NCBI GenBank assembly: GCA_965261595.1
Contig: CBDHDG010000006.1
Span: 640,001-704,000, forward strand
DNA: 64,000 bases
Direction: 5' to 3'
Source of the DNA: a bacterium
GTDB lineage: Bacteria; UBA8248; JACPRG01; G963555815
How positions within the stretch are numbered: position 1 is the stretch's first letter; each line of letters begins with the position of its first letter. The notes below the pieces were generated by a model. The model made no database searches. It saw only the letters and a program-made list of their open reading frames with translations, and was not told the origin of the DNA. A program made the translations under genes and the position numbers. Below are positions 29,962 through 40,293 of this stretch, one piece after another.

Positions 29962-31404
29962 TCAGATCCAGACCCCGGCAGGCAGTCGCCGGCGGGCGGC
30001 GCCGCGCACCTCGCCGCAACGGCCCGGCGTGGGGAAGACCTTCGCCGGGTTGCAGCGCCCGTCCGGGTCGAAGACCGCCTTGACGCGCTTCATGGTTTCC
30101 AGGGCCGCTTCGCTGAACTGGACGGGGATGTCCATCATCTTCTCGATGCCGATCCCGTGTTCGCCGCTGAGTGAGCCGCCCAGCTCCACGCAGGCGTGCA
30201 GGATCTCCGAGCCTGCCTGAATGACCCGGTCCGTCTCCCCGGGCTTGCCGTCGTCGAACAGGACCAGCGGATGGAGGTTGCCGTCCCCGGCGTGAAAGAC
30301 GTTGGCGATGGAGAGGCCGTACTTTCGGCCGATCCCCTCGATGCGCCGGACGGCTTCGGCGATGCGGCTCCGGGGGACGGTCCCGTCGAGGCAGTAAAAG
30401 CCGGGGCTGACCTGCCCGAAGGCGCCGAAGGCGTTTTTCCGTCCCGCCCAGAGCCTCGCGCGCTCCTCTTCACTCCGGGCCACGCGGAACTCGGTGCTGT
30501 CATTCCGGCGGCAGTGACCCTCAATCGTATTCACCCACTCGTCCATCCCGGCCACGGGGCCGTCGATCTCGATGAGAAGAACGGCGGCCGCCGATTCCGG
30601 GAATCCGCTTTGGAGCGTCTTCTCGACCAGTTGAATGGTTTGCCGGTCGATCATCTCCAGGGCGGCCGGAATGAGACCGTCGGCAATGATATCCGAAACG
30701 GCGTCGCAGGCGCACTCCATCGAGTTGAAGACCGCGATCATCGTCTTCACCCCCTCCGGCAGCGGCAGCAGACGCACCGTGATCTTCGTAATCACCCCCA
30801 GCATCCCCTCGGACCCGATCCCGAAGCCCCGGAGATCCAGGCCGGGGGTGTCCTCCACCGTCCCGCCCAGCTCCACCACCTCGCCGTCGGGGAGGACCAT
30901 TTCGAACCCCACGATGTGGTTGGTGGTGACGCCGTATTTCAGGCAATGGGGCCCGCCGGAGTTTTCGGCCGCGTTCCCTCCGATGGTGCAGGCCGCCTGG
31001 CTGGAGGGATCCGGCGCATAGTAATAGCCGTCCCCTTTCACTGCCTGGGAGAGATGCAGGTTGACGACGCCCGGCTGGACGACCGCCCGGCGGTTGGGAA
31101 GGTCCACTTCCAGGATCCGGTTCATCCGGCTGAACCCGATGAGGATGCCGTTCTCATGGGGCAACGCGCCGCCGCTCAACCCCGTTCCCGCCCCGCGTGG
31201 GACGATGCAGGCGTTGTGCCGGGCGGCGGCCCGAACGGTGTTTTGCACCTCTTCGGTGGTCCCCGGCAACACGACCGCCAGGGGCAGGTTGGCATAGATG
31301 CTCAGGGCGTCGGATTCGTACGTGAGAAGCTCCTCCGGCGCCGCGAAAACGTTCTCCGGGCCGACGGCTTCTCGCAACTCGGTCACCATCCGCCCTGTAT
31401 CCAT
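29962..31404 (-). CDS. glcD: Glycolate oxidase subunit
   Basis: 'PRGAGTGLSGG', 'APDPSS..ACTIGGN', 'FHAGDGNLHP', 'GEHGIG'. Confidence 0.93.
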   Translation of the reverse strand: MDTGRMVTELREAVGPENVFAAPEELLTYESDALSIYANLPLAVVLPGTTEEVQNTVRAAARHNACIVPRGAGTGLSGGALPHENGILIGFSRMNRILEVDLPNRRAVVQPGVVNLHLSQAVKGDGYYYAPDPSSQAACTIGGNAAENSGGPHCLKYGVTTNHIVGFEMVLPDGEVVELGGTVEDTPGLDLRGFGIGSEGMLGVITKITVRLLPLPEGVKTMIAVFNSMECACDAVSDIIADGLIPAALEMIDRQTIQLVEKTLQSGFPESAAAVLLIEIDGPVAGMDEWVNTIEGHCRRNDSTEFRVARSEEERARLWAGRKNAFGAFGQVSPGFYCLDGTVPRSRIAEAVRRIEGIGRKYGLSIANVFHAGDGNLHPLVLFDDGKPGETDRVIQAGSEILHACVELGGSLSGEHGIGIEKMMDIPVQFSEAALETMKRVKAVFDPDGRCNPAKVFPTPGRCGEVRGAARRRLPAGVWI

Positions 31405-31943
31405 CGTTCCGTCCCGGTCCCGCCATCCACTGGTTTGAAAAACGCCGCGCCGCTTTCGGGACTCCCATTATATTCGGAATCCGGGCCGGAGACGAGGGGG
31501 GGGGATCCGCCGGGCCTCGTCCGCCGGTTTTCCCGGACGGATGGATGACCGGGCCGTGCGAGCGGCGTTTTCCATTGGAGGACCCGATGGGTTGACGCGG
31601 CGATCCATCAACCCGGGCGCATCCATCGACGTGATATGGTCAAGTGGAAGGTCAATGACCCATCGCGGGTCCACTCCTTTCGCGAAATCGGTGTAGGCGC
31701 CTCCGCCCGATTGCGGACCCATCGAAGCAGAGAAGGCGGGCAAGGGGTCAACCAACCCAAGGGACCATTCGCGTCTTTCGGGTCTTGATATGTAAAACCA
31801 TTTACGAGAGATCAAATAAGATGACAAACCTACGCAATAAAATTATTTTCCGAACCCCCCCGCAACGATGTTACGTGAATTATTAACGATAGTTATCTGT
31901 CGTCAGTTCTCTTTATTTCTGGGGAACCTCCGGGGAACCTCCA

Positions 31944-31972
31944 TTGACCACGGGAAACATCTGTGTTAAAGT
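31944..31972 (+). promoter_or_regulatory. Sigma70-type promoter upstream of carD
   Basis: TTGACC-N17-TAAAGT with extended TG. Confidence 0.6.
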
Positions 31973-32131
31973 GCTGGAACGTACACTTTTGAAGCGCCTA
32001 TCCGGCCGTAAGAAGGGCCCCGGACGGAGCGGGTATTCAATTCAGCCTCCGGTGACCGGGCATCTTCGATACATTTGGGCGGCCTCCCCCAGCGATTCGT
32101 CCCTTGGATCCATCATCTGTTAGGAAAACCC

Positions 32132-32698
32132 ATGGCAACAAAGCTCAAGAGCGACAAACGCTCCTTCCGAAAGGGGATGAGGATTATTTATCCCCTTCAT
32201 GGTGAAGGAAAAATCGTCGGTTTGGTGGAAAAAGAGCTTCCGACCGGGTCTAAGCGGTTTTACGAAATCCAACTGGACGGTCAGCCGGATGCCAGTGTTT
32301 TTGTCCCCCGTGACGCGGCGAGGCAGTTCGGTCTGCGGCCTCCCATGCGACAGGCCGATGTACCCAAAATTCTGACAATCCTCAAGAAGAAGGCCAGCGA
32401 AGAGAAGGTCGAGCTCAATTGGCGGACCTGGAAAAATCGGTACGAGGAACAAAAGCGGATGCTTCGCGAAGGCAACGTCACCGGTCTCGCGGAGGTGGTT
32501 CGCAATCTCCATGAGTTCTCCAAAGGCCGGACATTCAGCAGCAAAGAGCTGAAACAGCTCTATCAATATACGTACGATCAACTCACCCGGGAGATCTCCG
32601 AGGCGACCAAGAGCAGTCTGGAAGACGCCGAGAAACTCGTGAACAAGGCCCTCGGGCCGACCCCTGCCCGGAAAGACCAGAAGAAAGCCGCATCGTGA
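32132..32698 (+). CDS. carD: CarD/CdnL-family transcription regulator
   Basis: 'IIYPLHGEGKI', 'VFVP....FGLRP', 'WKNRY', 'LAEVVRNL', 'LTREIS'. Confidence 0.9.
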   Translation: MATKLKSDKRSFRKGMRIIYPLHGEGKIVGLVEKELPTGSKRFYEIQLDGQPDASVFVPRDAARQFGLRPPMRQADVPKILTILKKKASEEKVELNWRTWKNRYEEQKRMLREGNVTGLAEVVRNLHEFSKGRTFSSKELKQLYQYTYDQLTREISEATKSSLEDAEKLVNKALGPTPARKDQKKAAS

Positions 32699-32943
32699 AA
32701 TCCGAGAAGACGGAATCCAAGAACGGCAAGGACGATTCCTGCTCCGTGATTCATTGCAATAACCCGCCGGTGACCGACGGGTATTGCGACACGCACCTCG
32801 AGCGCTTGGAGTTGATCAAGGAATCCCACGGACACGTAAAGCAGATCCAGTTGCGCGCGCGCGAGGATGAAAAAGGCCCGGCCATCGAGAGCAATCAGGA
32901 AGCCGCCCCATCGTTCGGCCAAACCGAAGAATACATCGAGTAG
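32695..32943 (+). CDS. Small hypothetical protein with Cys/His zinc-ribbon motif
   Basis: 'CSVIHC..PPVTDGYCDTH'; GTGA overlap with the carD stop. Confidence 0.55.
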   Translation: MKSEKTESKNGKDDSCSVIHCNNPPVTDGYCDTHLERLELIKESHGHVKQIQLRAREDEKGPAIESNQEAAPSFGQTEEYIE

Positions 32944-33309
32944 GTTTCTCAACCTCCCAACCCTTGCCCCGACGGAATCCCCATCCGTGGAGTTTTCCTC
33001 TGAAAACCCCGTGTCCGCATCCGAATCAGGCCTTTCTAAGGTGAATGTCCGGAGCGTCCGCTTCGGCGGCCTCGTTGATGGGGCGTCCTTTCGTTTGGTC
33101 ACGCCTTTCACAAGCGACCCGCCCTCGGCGCAAAGCATGTCCCCGCCCTCATGAGGCACACAATTTGCTTATCTCCTTACCCGGGGCCGAAGCGGGGTCC
33201 CCGGAAGCCACGTGAAACTCTTGGTTGCCAGTTCGCGCGGAAAACCTTAGATTGTTAGTCGACTCGCGGCCGACAGGCCCTCACACTCGGATCTCCCGGG
33301 AAGCGGTGA

Positions 33310-34197
33310 ATGAAATCTGACAAAACTCAAACGCGGCGCGTGACCTCGGCGGCCGGGACGCTTGGAATTCTGGGTCTCGGTTTGGCGTTGATCGGTTGCT
33401 CGAACGTCGCGCTGCAACGCATGACGCCGAGCAACGTATCGGCCACTGTCCGTCCGGACATCCGGAAATACAACCTGCGCAACATCGCGGTCATGCCCTT
33501 TCGGAACAACACCGATTCTCCGGAAGCCGGGCACAAGGTGGCCGCGTTCTTTTACCACGAGATGGCGACCCGGAAGCGGTACTCGGTGACGCCGCCCGTC
33601 CGGCTGGATCTGACCGAGGAGATCGAGCTCGAATTCCGCGTGGACCCGAGCCGCCGCGCGGGAAGCGTCAACCGCGAAGAAAACCTCCGGCTGCTCGGCC
33701 GCGCGGTTTCAAACTATCTCAAACAAGTCGCGCCCTACACGACGACCGAAAGCCTGGTCTTTTCCGGCGAGACGCCCGCGAAATCTCCGGATGAGGATTC
33801 GGGAGCGATGATGGGGGAGATCCGATCGTCCGCCGTGAAGCCCGGCGAAGAATCACAGGCCTTGGATGCCGTCGTGACCGGCGTGATCACCCGCTACCGG
33901 AACCGGGACGGAACCCCGCTCACGGCGGACCATCCCTCATCGGTGTCGTTCGACGTCTATCTGATCAGCGTCTACGACGGCAAGATCCTGTGGAGTGCCA
34001 CGTTCGAGGAGACCCAGGAGTTCCTGAGCGAAAACCCCCTCCTGCTCCCGCGGTTCCTTGAAGGCGGCGCACTCTGGCAGTCCAACGACAAGCTGGCCCG
34101 CATCGGGATGGCGCGTGTGCTGGACACCTTCCCCGGCATCGCCAAACGGACCCGGGCCGGCGTCCCCGGGCCTCCCGTGGCCTCCGCCATACCCTGA
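33310..34197 (+). CDS. Putative lipoprotein (CsgG/PelC-like fold)
   Basis: Lipobox 'LALIGC'; 'IAVMPFRN', 'DAVVTGVITRY', 'DGKILWSA'. Confidence 0.7.
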   Translation: MKSDKTQTRRVTSAAGTLGILGLGLALIGCSNVALQRMTPSNVSATVRPDIRKYNLRNIAVMPFRNNTDSPEAGHKVAAFFYHEMATRKRYSVTPPVRLDLTEEIELEFRVDPSRRAGSVNREENLRLLGRAVSNYLKQVAPYTTTESLVFSGETPAKSPDEDSGAMMGEIRSSAVKPGEESQALDAVVTGVITRYRNRDGTPLTADHPSSVSFDVYLISVYDGKILWSATFEETQEFLSENPLLLPRFLEGGALWQSNDKLARIGMARVLDTFPGIAKRTRAGVPGPPVASAIP

Positions 34198-34252
34198 AGA
34201 TCTCCTCCGGGGGGATATGTTTCCCCCCCCATCCACCCCTAAGGTTTTCGAT

Positions 34253-34960
34253 TCATCCTTTCTCCAAATCTTTCATCCTGATTCTGCCTTTCGGCAGGGC
34301 GGCGAGGATCTTCGCTTTCCCTTCCCAGGGACACTGCTTCCGGACGGGGCATTCGCCGCATCGGGGATTCCGGGCCGTGCAGACTCTTCGGCCGTGGAAC
34401 GTGAGGAGATGGTTGAAGCCGGGGACCAGGTCCTTGGGGACCACCTCCCGAAGCTGAAACTCCGTCCGGTCCGGATCGCGCGCGTCCGCGAGATGAAACC
34501 GGTGAGAGAGCCGGAACACGTGAGTGTCCACGGCGATGGCCGGGACGCCGAAGCCGTCGTTGAGGAGGATGTTCGCTATCTTCCGGCCCACCCCGGGCAG
34601 TGCGACCAGGGCATCGAAATCGTCGGGCGTCTTCCCGCCGTGCGTCTTGCACAGGATCCGGCATGAGGCGATGATGTTCCGGGCCTTGTTCCGGTAAAAA
34701 CCGCAGGAGTGGACCCACCGCTCGACCTCCCGCTGCCCCGCCCGGGCGAAGCGGGCCGGGGCCGGAAACTTCCTGAACAACCGCGGCGTGGTCCGGTTCA
34801 CCTGTTCGTCGGTGCACTGGGCGGAGAGGATGGAAGCCACCAGAAGCTGGAACGTCCCATCGTAGTCGAGCCCGCAGCGCGCGTCCGGATAGGCCGCGGC
34901 CAGCCGCTTCAGGATGGCCCGCGCGCGACGCTTCTTGGCGGTCTTCGCGGGATCGGCCAT
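34253..34960 (-). CDS. nth: Endonuclease III
   Basis: 'LSAQCTD', HhH 'LPGVGRKIAN', 'AVDTHV', FCL 'CTARNPRCGECPVRKQC'. Confidence 0.95.
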   Translation of the reverse strand: MADPAKTAKKRRARAILKRLAAAYPDARCGLDYDGTFQLLVASILSAQCTDEQVNRTTPRLFRKFPAPARFARAGQREVERWVHSCGFYRNKARNIIASCRILCKTHGGKTPDDFDALVALPGVGRKIANILLNDGFGVPAIAVDTHVFRLSHRFHLADARDPDRTEFQLREVVPKDLVPGFNHLLTFHGRRVCTARNPRCGECPVRKQCPWEGKAKILAALPKGRIRMKDLEKG

Positions 34961-35247
34961 TTGTCGTTTCAAACCTTTCTCCGAAATCACAGAGGCCGGG
35001 AAGATGTCTCTTCGCCAGCATTGTATCGAAACAGCGGGGGTCATGCCGGTCCCATCCTCAGCGGGCGAGTGGCCCGACCCGCCGGATTCCCCGTGCGGGC
35101 GATCGCCGCTCTCTTGCCGGGATCCCGAATCGGCCCGGGCCATGGGTCCTCTTTTGTGATAAAAAACCATTTCATAACGCGGCCCGGCGCTGTGGCTGCT
35201 TCAAGAGAAGAGGAAACCCTTGCACCCGTCAATCTTCCAGGCCGTCC

Positions 35248-36357
35248 ATGAATGACCGTCCGGCTGTTCCCTACGTCGACTTACCGAAACAGGCGCATCG
35301 GATCAAACAGGAGCTGATGACCTCCATCGAGCGCGTGATCGACCACGGAGGCTACGCCCTGGGGCCGGAGTTGCGTGATTTCGAAGAGCGGATTGCGGCT
35401 TACTGCGGGACGCGCTTCGCGGTGGGCGTGGGAAGCGGCACGGCGGCGCTCATCCTGGCGCTGCGATCACTGAATATCGGACCGGGGGATGAGGTCATCA
35501 CCGCCCCGAACTCCTTTATCGCTTCGGCCGGCGCGGTGGCCATGGTGGGGGGGCGGCCGGAGTTCGTCGACGTGGACGCGGAAACGATGAACCTGGATCC
35601 GGAGCGGCTGGAGGGGGCCGTTACGTCCCGGACGAAGGCCATCATGCCCGTTCACCTGACCGGCCAATCGGCCGACATGGACCCGATCCTCGAAGTGGCC
35701 GGGCGTCACGGGATTCCGGTGATCGAGGATTCCGCCCAGTCCGTCGGCGCGACCTATCACGGCCGCCGCGTGGGAGGCCTGGGGCGGCTGGGCTGTTTCA
35801 GCTTCCATGCGCTCAAAAACCTGCATGCCTATGGGGACGCCGGGGTGATCACCACAAACGACGAAGCCCTCAGCCAGTGGCTCCTCAAGGCCCGCAATCA
35901 CGGTATGCGGGACCAGAAGTGCGAGTTCTGGAGCGCCAATGACCGGATGGACACCCTCCACGCCGCCGTGTGCGGCGTCAAGTTGACCTACCTGGACGAT
36001 TGGACGCGGGAGCGGCGGGAGATCGCGGCGGAGTACCGCGACGCGTTGCGGGACCTTGTCGGTGTGCCCGACGAGGCCCCCGGATGCCTGCACGTCTATC
36101 AGACCTTCATGATCCGGGCGGATCGCCGGGACGATCTGCTCCGGCATCTGCAATCCAGAGGCGTGGACGCCAAGGTTCATTATCCCGTTCCCCTCTACCA
36201 GCAAGCGCCGGCGAGGGCCCTGGGCAACCGGCCGGAGGATTTTCCGGTCGCCCATTCCCTTTCCCGGCGGGTCGTCAGCCTGCCCCTTTATCCGGAGCTG
36301 ACCCGGGACCAGCGAGACGCCGTCATCCAGGGCGTGCGCTCGTTCTACGAGGCGTGA
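35248..36357 (+). CDS. DegT/DnrJ/EryC1/StrS aminotransferase
   Basis: 'GSGTAAL', 'PVHLTG', 'IEDSAQS', 'SFHALKNL', 'VHYPVPLY'. Confidence 0.92.
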   Translation: MNDRPAVPYVDLPKQAHRIKQELMTSIERVIDHGGYALGPELRDFEERIAAYCGTRFAVGVGSGTAALILALRSLNIGPGDEVITAPNSFIASAGAVAMVGGRPEFVDVDAETMNLDPERLEGAVTSRTKAIMPVHLTGQSADMDPILEVAGRHGIPVIEDSAQSVGATYHGRRVGGLGRLGCFSFHALKNLHAYGDAGVITTNDEALSQWLLKARNHGMRDQKCEFWSANDRMDTLHAAVCGVKLTYLDDWTRERREIAAEYRDALRDLVGVPDEAPGCLHVYQTFMIRADRRDDLLRHLQSRGVDAKVHYPVPLYQQAPARALGNRPEDFPVAHSLSRRVVSLPLYPELTRDQRDAVIQGVRSFYEA

Positions 36358-36479
36358 CCCCCATGCGGCGCGAAGCTCGTCCGGAGCCACCGTCAAGCCG
36401 TTCGAAGGCCCGTTCTGAGGCCGTCCCCTCTCGGGGAAAGCTCGTCCGTCCTGTAGAGCGCAATCCCTCTCCCTCGCCC

Positions 36480-37676
36480 TCACCACCACCTGTGCTCGCA
36501 GCGGCTCAGGACTTCGCGGCCCGTCTCCGTGATCCGGACCGTGTCTTCCAGCGTGGCGCAGCCGAAGCGCTCATCCAGGAGAATGCTCTCGTAATTCACC
36601 GTCTCGCCGGGCCGGAGGACGTAATCCTTCTCGACCGGCCGGGGAAGGTCGCGGAACTTCGTCGTCCCGAGACCGTGACCTTTTAAGTAATAGCGTCCAG
36701 CGTATCCCTTTCCGTCCGCGACCCGCAGCGCCGCCGACTCCGCCTCGCCGAGGGTTTTTTCCGGCGCGGTCGCCTCGATGGCCGCCAGGAGTCCCAGGCG
36801 GGCGCATTCGAGGAAGTTCAGCTCGTCCCCTTGCGCCGTCTCGTCCACCTTGATGACCCGGGCCAGGTCCGTCCCGTAGCCTTCCCACTCCGGCTCGATG
36901 TCCAGGAAGAGCAGGTCGCCCTTTTCGAGCTTCCGGTCCGTCGGAGCGACGTTCTTGAGCAGGGTCCGCCTGCCCGAGACGAGACAGACCGGAAACGGGC
37001 CGTACAGGTTTTGCGACCCCGCCCGGAACATGGCCGCCACCGCCTCCGCCGCCACCTCGTTCTCCGTGACGCCCGGGCGGGCGGTCTCGCGGGCGGCCTT
37101 GAGGCCCTCGACGCCCATCCCGACGACCTTGCGGATGACCGCCAGCTCGGCCGGGCTCTTGACGGCCTTCTCGGCCAGGTAATCGCGCGTCGCCTCAACG
37201 ATCCGGTCCGGCGGGATGATCTCCCGGACCCTCGATGAAAGCGCGAAGTTGAAGGCGTCTTCGCCCACGAATCCGACGCGGCCCCCGGCGGGCAGGGACG
37301 AGACGGCGTCCCGGAGATGGCCCATGAGCTCATCCGGGTCCGCGGCGACGGGCCGGGCTGGCCGGTAGTCCCGCACCCAGGTCATCCACGCGCCGCTCTG
37401 GATAGGCTCCATGCGGAAGAGCGAATCCGTCCCCAACACAGGCTCGCCCTCGCGGGGGAGAAGGAGGAAGGTGTAGCCGACGTAGCTGTCGAAGTTGGCG
37501 ATCCAGCGGACGTTGCCGCTCTGCCTGGGCGCGGCGAAGAGGAGGAGGGCCGAGAGGTCCCGGCGGTCCATGAGCCGCCGGAGCCGGTTCAGCCGGTCCT
37601 CGTACTCGGTCTCCTCGAAGGGCAGAGACATCCACCTCTGTCGCGCGTCCCAATCGGCGGGCAGGATTCCGGGCAT
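36480..37676 (-). CDS. M24-family (Xaa-Pro peptidase/creatinase-like) protein
   Basis: Creatinase N-domain, 'VKSPAEL', 'DLAR', 'GHGLG', 'LEDTVRITETG'. Confidence 0.85.
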   Translation of the reverse strand: MPGILPADWDARQRWMSLPFEETEYEDRLNRLRRLMDRRDLSALLLFAAPRQSGNVRWIANFDSYVGYTFLLLPREGEPVLGTDSLFRMEPIQSGAWMTWVRDYRPARPVAADPDELMGHLRDAVSSLPAGGRVGFVGEDAFNFALSSRVREIIPPDRIVEATRDYLAEKAVKSPAELAVIRKVVGMGVEGLKAARETARPGVTENEVAAEAVAAMFRAGSQNLYGPFPVCLVSGRRTLLKNVAPTDRKLEKGDLLFLDIEPEWEGYGTDLARVIKVDETAQGDELNFLECARLGLLAAIEATAPEKTLGEAESAALRVADGKGYAGRYYLKGHGLGTTKFRDLPRPVEKDYVLRPGETVNYESILLDERFGCATLEDTVRITETGREVLSRCEHRWW

Positions 37677-37736
37677 CTTCAAAGGGGGCTCCTTGACGGA
37701 TATTTTCAGTGTAGTGTCTCCAAAATAAATTGACAC

Positions 37737-38163
37737 TGGACCGCCCCTGGGTTATTGGACACTCGGGTGAGGGTATTCGACCTCATGCGGCCTCCGCAAC
37801 TTGAGCGAGTTTTTCCTGCCTTGCCTGGGCCGGCGTTCGGTAGCCGTAGCCCTTGAGAATCCAATGATGGTTGTACAGGTTCTTGAACTCAAGCAGCGCC
37901 CACCGCAGTTCCTCTACGGTGGCGAAAGAGCGCACCCACAGGAGATTCTCCTTCAAGATGCGGATAAACCACTCACAGTAGCCATTTCCCTCGGGCGCCC
38001 GCACGAAGCTGGGCGAACTGGTCATGCCCAGGTAGGCGATCTCCCGCTGAAAGTCATCGGACAGATAGGCGGGGCCGTGGTCGTGACGAACTTTAAGCCC
38101 CTCGGCGACGTCCGCCTCCAAGCCGGCGAAGCGCTCGGCGACCCCCTGCCGGATCGGCTCCAG
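37737..38163 (-). mobile_element. IS3-family element B, partial (right 427 bp)
   Basis: IRR plus 3' part of orfB, abutting the full copy at 38164. Confidence 0.9.
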
Positions 38164-39567
38164 TGGACCGCCCCTGGGTTATTGGACACTCGGGTGAGGG
38201 TATTCGACCTCATGCGGCCTCCGCAACTTGAGCGAGTTTTTCCTGCCTTGCCTGGGCCGGCGTTCGGTAGCCGTAGCCCTCGAGAATCCAATGATGGTTA
38301 TACAGGTTCTTGAACTCAAGCAGCGCCCACCGCAGTTCCTCTACGGTGGCGAAAGAGCGCACCCACAGGAGATTCTCCTTCAAGATGCGGATGAACCACT
38401 CACAGTAGCCATTTCCCTCGGGCGCCCGCACGAAGCTGGGCGAACTGGTCATGCCCAGGTAGGCGATCTCCCGCTGAAAGTCATCGGACAGATAGGCGGG
38501 GCCGTGGTCATGACGAACTTTAAGCCCCTCGGCGACGTCCGCCTCCAAGCCGGCGAAGCGCTCGGCGACCCCCTGCCGGATCGGCTCCAGGGCCTCGAAG
38601 CGGTTGCCGCTCTTGGCCGCATGGATCCCCACGCAGTCCACCGAGCAGTGATCCACCGCCACGAACACCGAGGCCATCCCCTCCTCGGTGGTCACCGTCG
38701 TCGTCATGTGCGTGCCCCACATTCGGTCGGGCCGCTCGGTGCGGATGGTCCCGTTGTGGGCCTTGGGACCTCGGGGTTTGCCCACCCGGTGGGGGGCCTG
38801 AAGCCCCGCCTCCCGCATCAGGCGACGCACCCGCTCCTTGCTGGTGCGGATGCCCGCGAAGCGCAGCCTCGCCCACACCTTGCGGTAGCCCTCGCCATGG
38901 AAGGGAGAGTCCTCCAGGACCTGCCGGATGTGGCCGAGGAGTTCCGCATCGGTGCACGGGCCCACAGGGCCGCGCTTATTGGGCGTGGGGCGTTCATGAA
39001 CGGGGACCGCCTCTTGCCGCCGTTGCGCGTAGACCGTGGAGCGCGCCAAGCCCCAAAGGGCGCACACCCGCTTCAGGCCGTAGGCTCTGCCCGTGGAGGT
39101 GAAGCGGGCCTGACTCATCGCCTCCACCTCCTGCCGGCTAAAGGGCGGCCGGCCTCCAGGCGGTCGATCTTCTCCCGCAGGACCTCGCCCTCCATCGTGA
39201 GTTCGCCCACCTTGGCCTTGAGCCGGGCGTTCTCCTCGTCCCGCTCATCCGCCGGGCGGGCTTTGAGCGCCGCCTCGCCCGCGCGAAGGAACGCCTCGCG
39301 CCAGGCGGAAAGCCGAGCCGCTGTCGTGCCCAACTCGCGGCAGAGCGTCTCCAGGCTCTCGCCCCGCAAAAGACGCAGGACCGCCTCCCGCTTGCGCTGG
39401 CAGGAGAACCGACCCCGCTCACTGCGATGCCCTGGGGCCTTGGCTCCGTTCGCCCTACGGGCGCCCTCCGCCAAAGCCCCCTCTTGCTTTTGTTCGTTCA
39501 TCGCGACACCCCTTTCTCCATGAATCATGGATCAATCGAGTGTCCAACAAAACCCTAGAGCGGGGGA
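38164..39567 (-). mobile_element. IS3-family element B (1404 bp); orfA 39115-39501, orfB 38210-39118 with D->H at the first DDE Asp
   Basis: IRR TGGACCGCCCCTGGGTTATTGGACAC, IRL TCCCCCGCTCTAGGG...; TSD ACAC flanks 37737-39567. Confidence 0.93.
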
Positions 39568-39865
39568 ACACTACACATATTCCGGAGAAGGCGGGCAGGA
39601 TGCCCGGCCTACCGGACAGGGACAATCCGGGTCTCGATATGTAAAACCATTAAGGCCGCACTGGCAGACCAACTGCCAGTGGCACCCCTTTTTAGGAAGT
39701 CGCACCGGAGAAAACGGGCGGCCACCCCCCACATTTCGGGGTTTTGGGCGCGTTGAGATTATATCAGGCAATCCGCCGAGATCCGTGGAAAACGGGTGTT
39801 TCCATGATGCTGCGGTGTGTAAGCGCGCCCTGTTGTGTAGGCTTTACGGACGAGCGCCTTCGTGT

Positions 39866-40012
39866 AATCTGGAGGAGGCGGACCTCCGGGATGCCCGTCG
39901 GAAGGGGGCGCATTTGGAGAGGGCGGATCGTCGGTCCGCAATAAACCTGAGCTGAGAGCAGGGTGAATCGGCGCACTGCTACACGAAGGAACTGTTGCCG
40001 GAAGAGCTGCGG
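39866..40012 (+). pseudogene. Pentapeptide-repeat protein remnant
   Basis: NLEEADLRDARRKGAHLERADRRSAINLS*EQGESA...LPEELR; internal stop, no start. Confidence 0.5.
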
Positions 40013-40123
40013 AATTTGGCGGACCTGGAGGACAGGCCGCACGAGGATGATGAGTCTCACCAGACCGAAGCGGAGGCGTGAGTGGCTGAGTCGGCGCTGG
40101 CGGTAATTTTGCGGGAGTGTGAC

Positions 40124-40196
40124 GGGCCGGTACAGAGCCCGGCCCCTACATGTCCATTGCAGGATTGCGTGTAGGGGCGGGGCTCTGTACCCGCCC
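40124..40196. repeat. GTAG-type REP pair
   Basis: GGGCCGGTACAGAGCCCGGCCCCTAC ... GTAGGGGCGGGGCTCTGTACCCGCCC. Confidence 0.75.
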
Positions 40197-40293
40197 CAGA
40201 AGTATCAGGGAATCCTCCGGATACTTTATTTTCGTGACCCGCTATGTGTTAGGATATTATTCATGCCATCCTCAATAGCGCAACGGATTGATG

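Noticed and set aside
445..31548. Many long antisense or alternative-frame ORFs (e.g. 445-1776, 19531-21384, 28501-30174, 30196-31548)
   Set aside because: Shadow frames of GC-rich genes with no family motifs
31468..31827. 119-aa minus-strand ORF between glcD and carD
   Set aside because: No recognisable motif or convincing start/RBS
31980..32130. carD leader as a known riboswitch
   Set aside because: Some pairing potential but no recognisable riboswitch consensus
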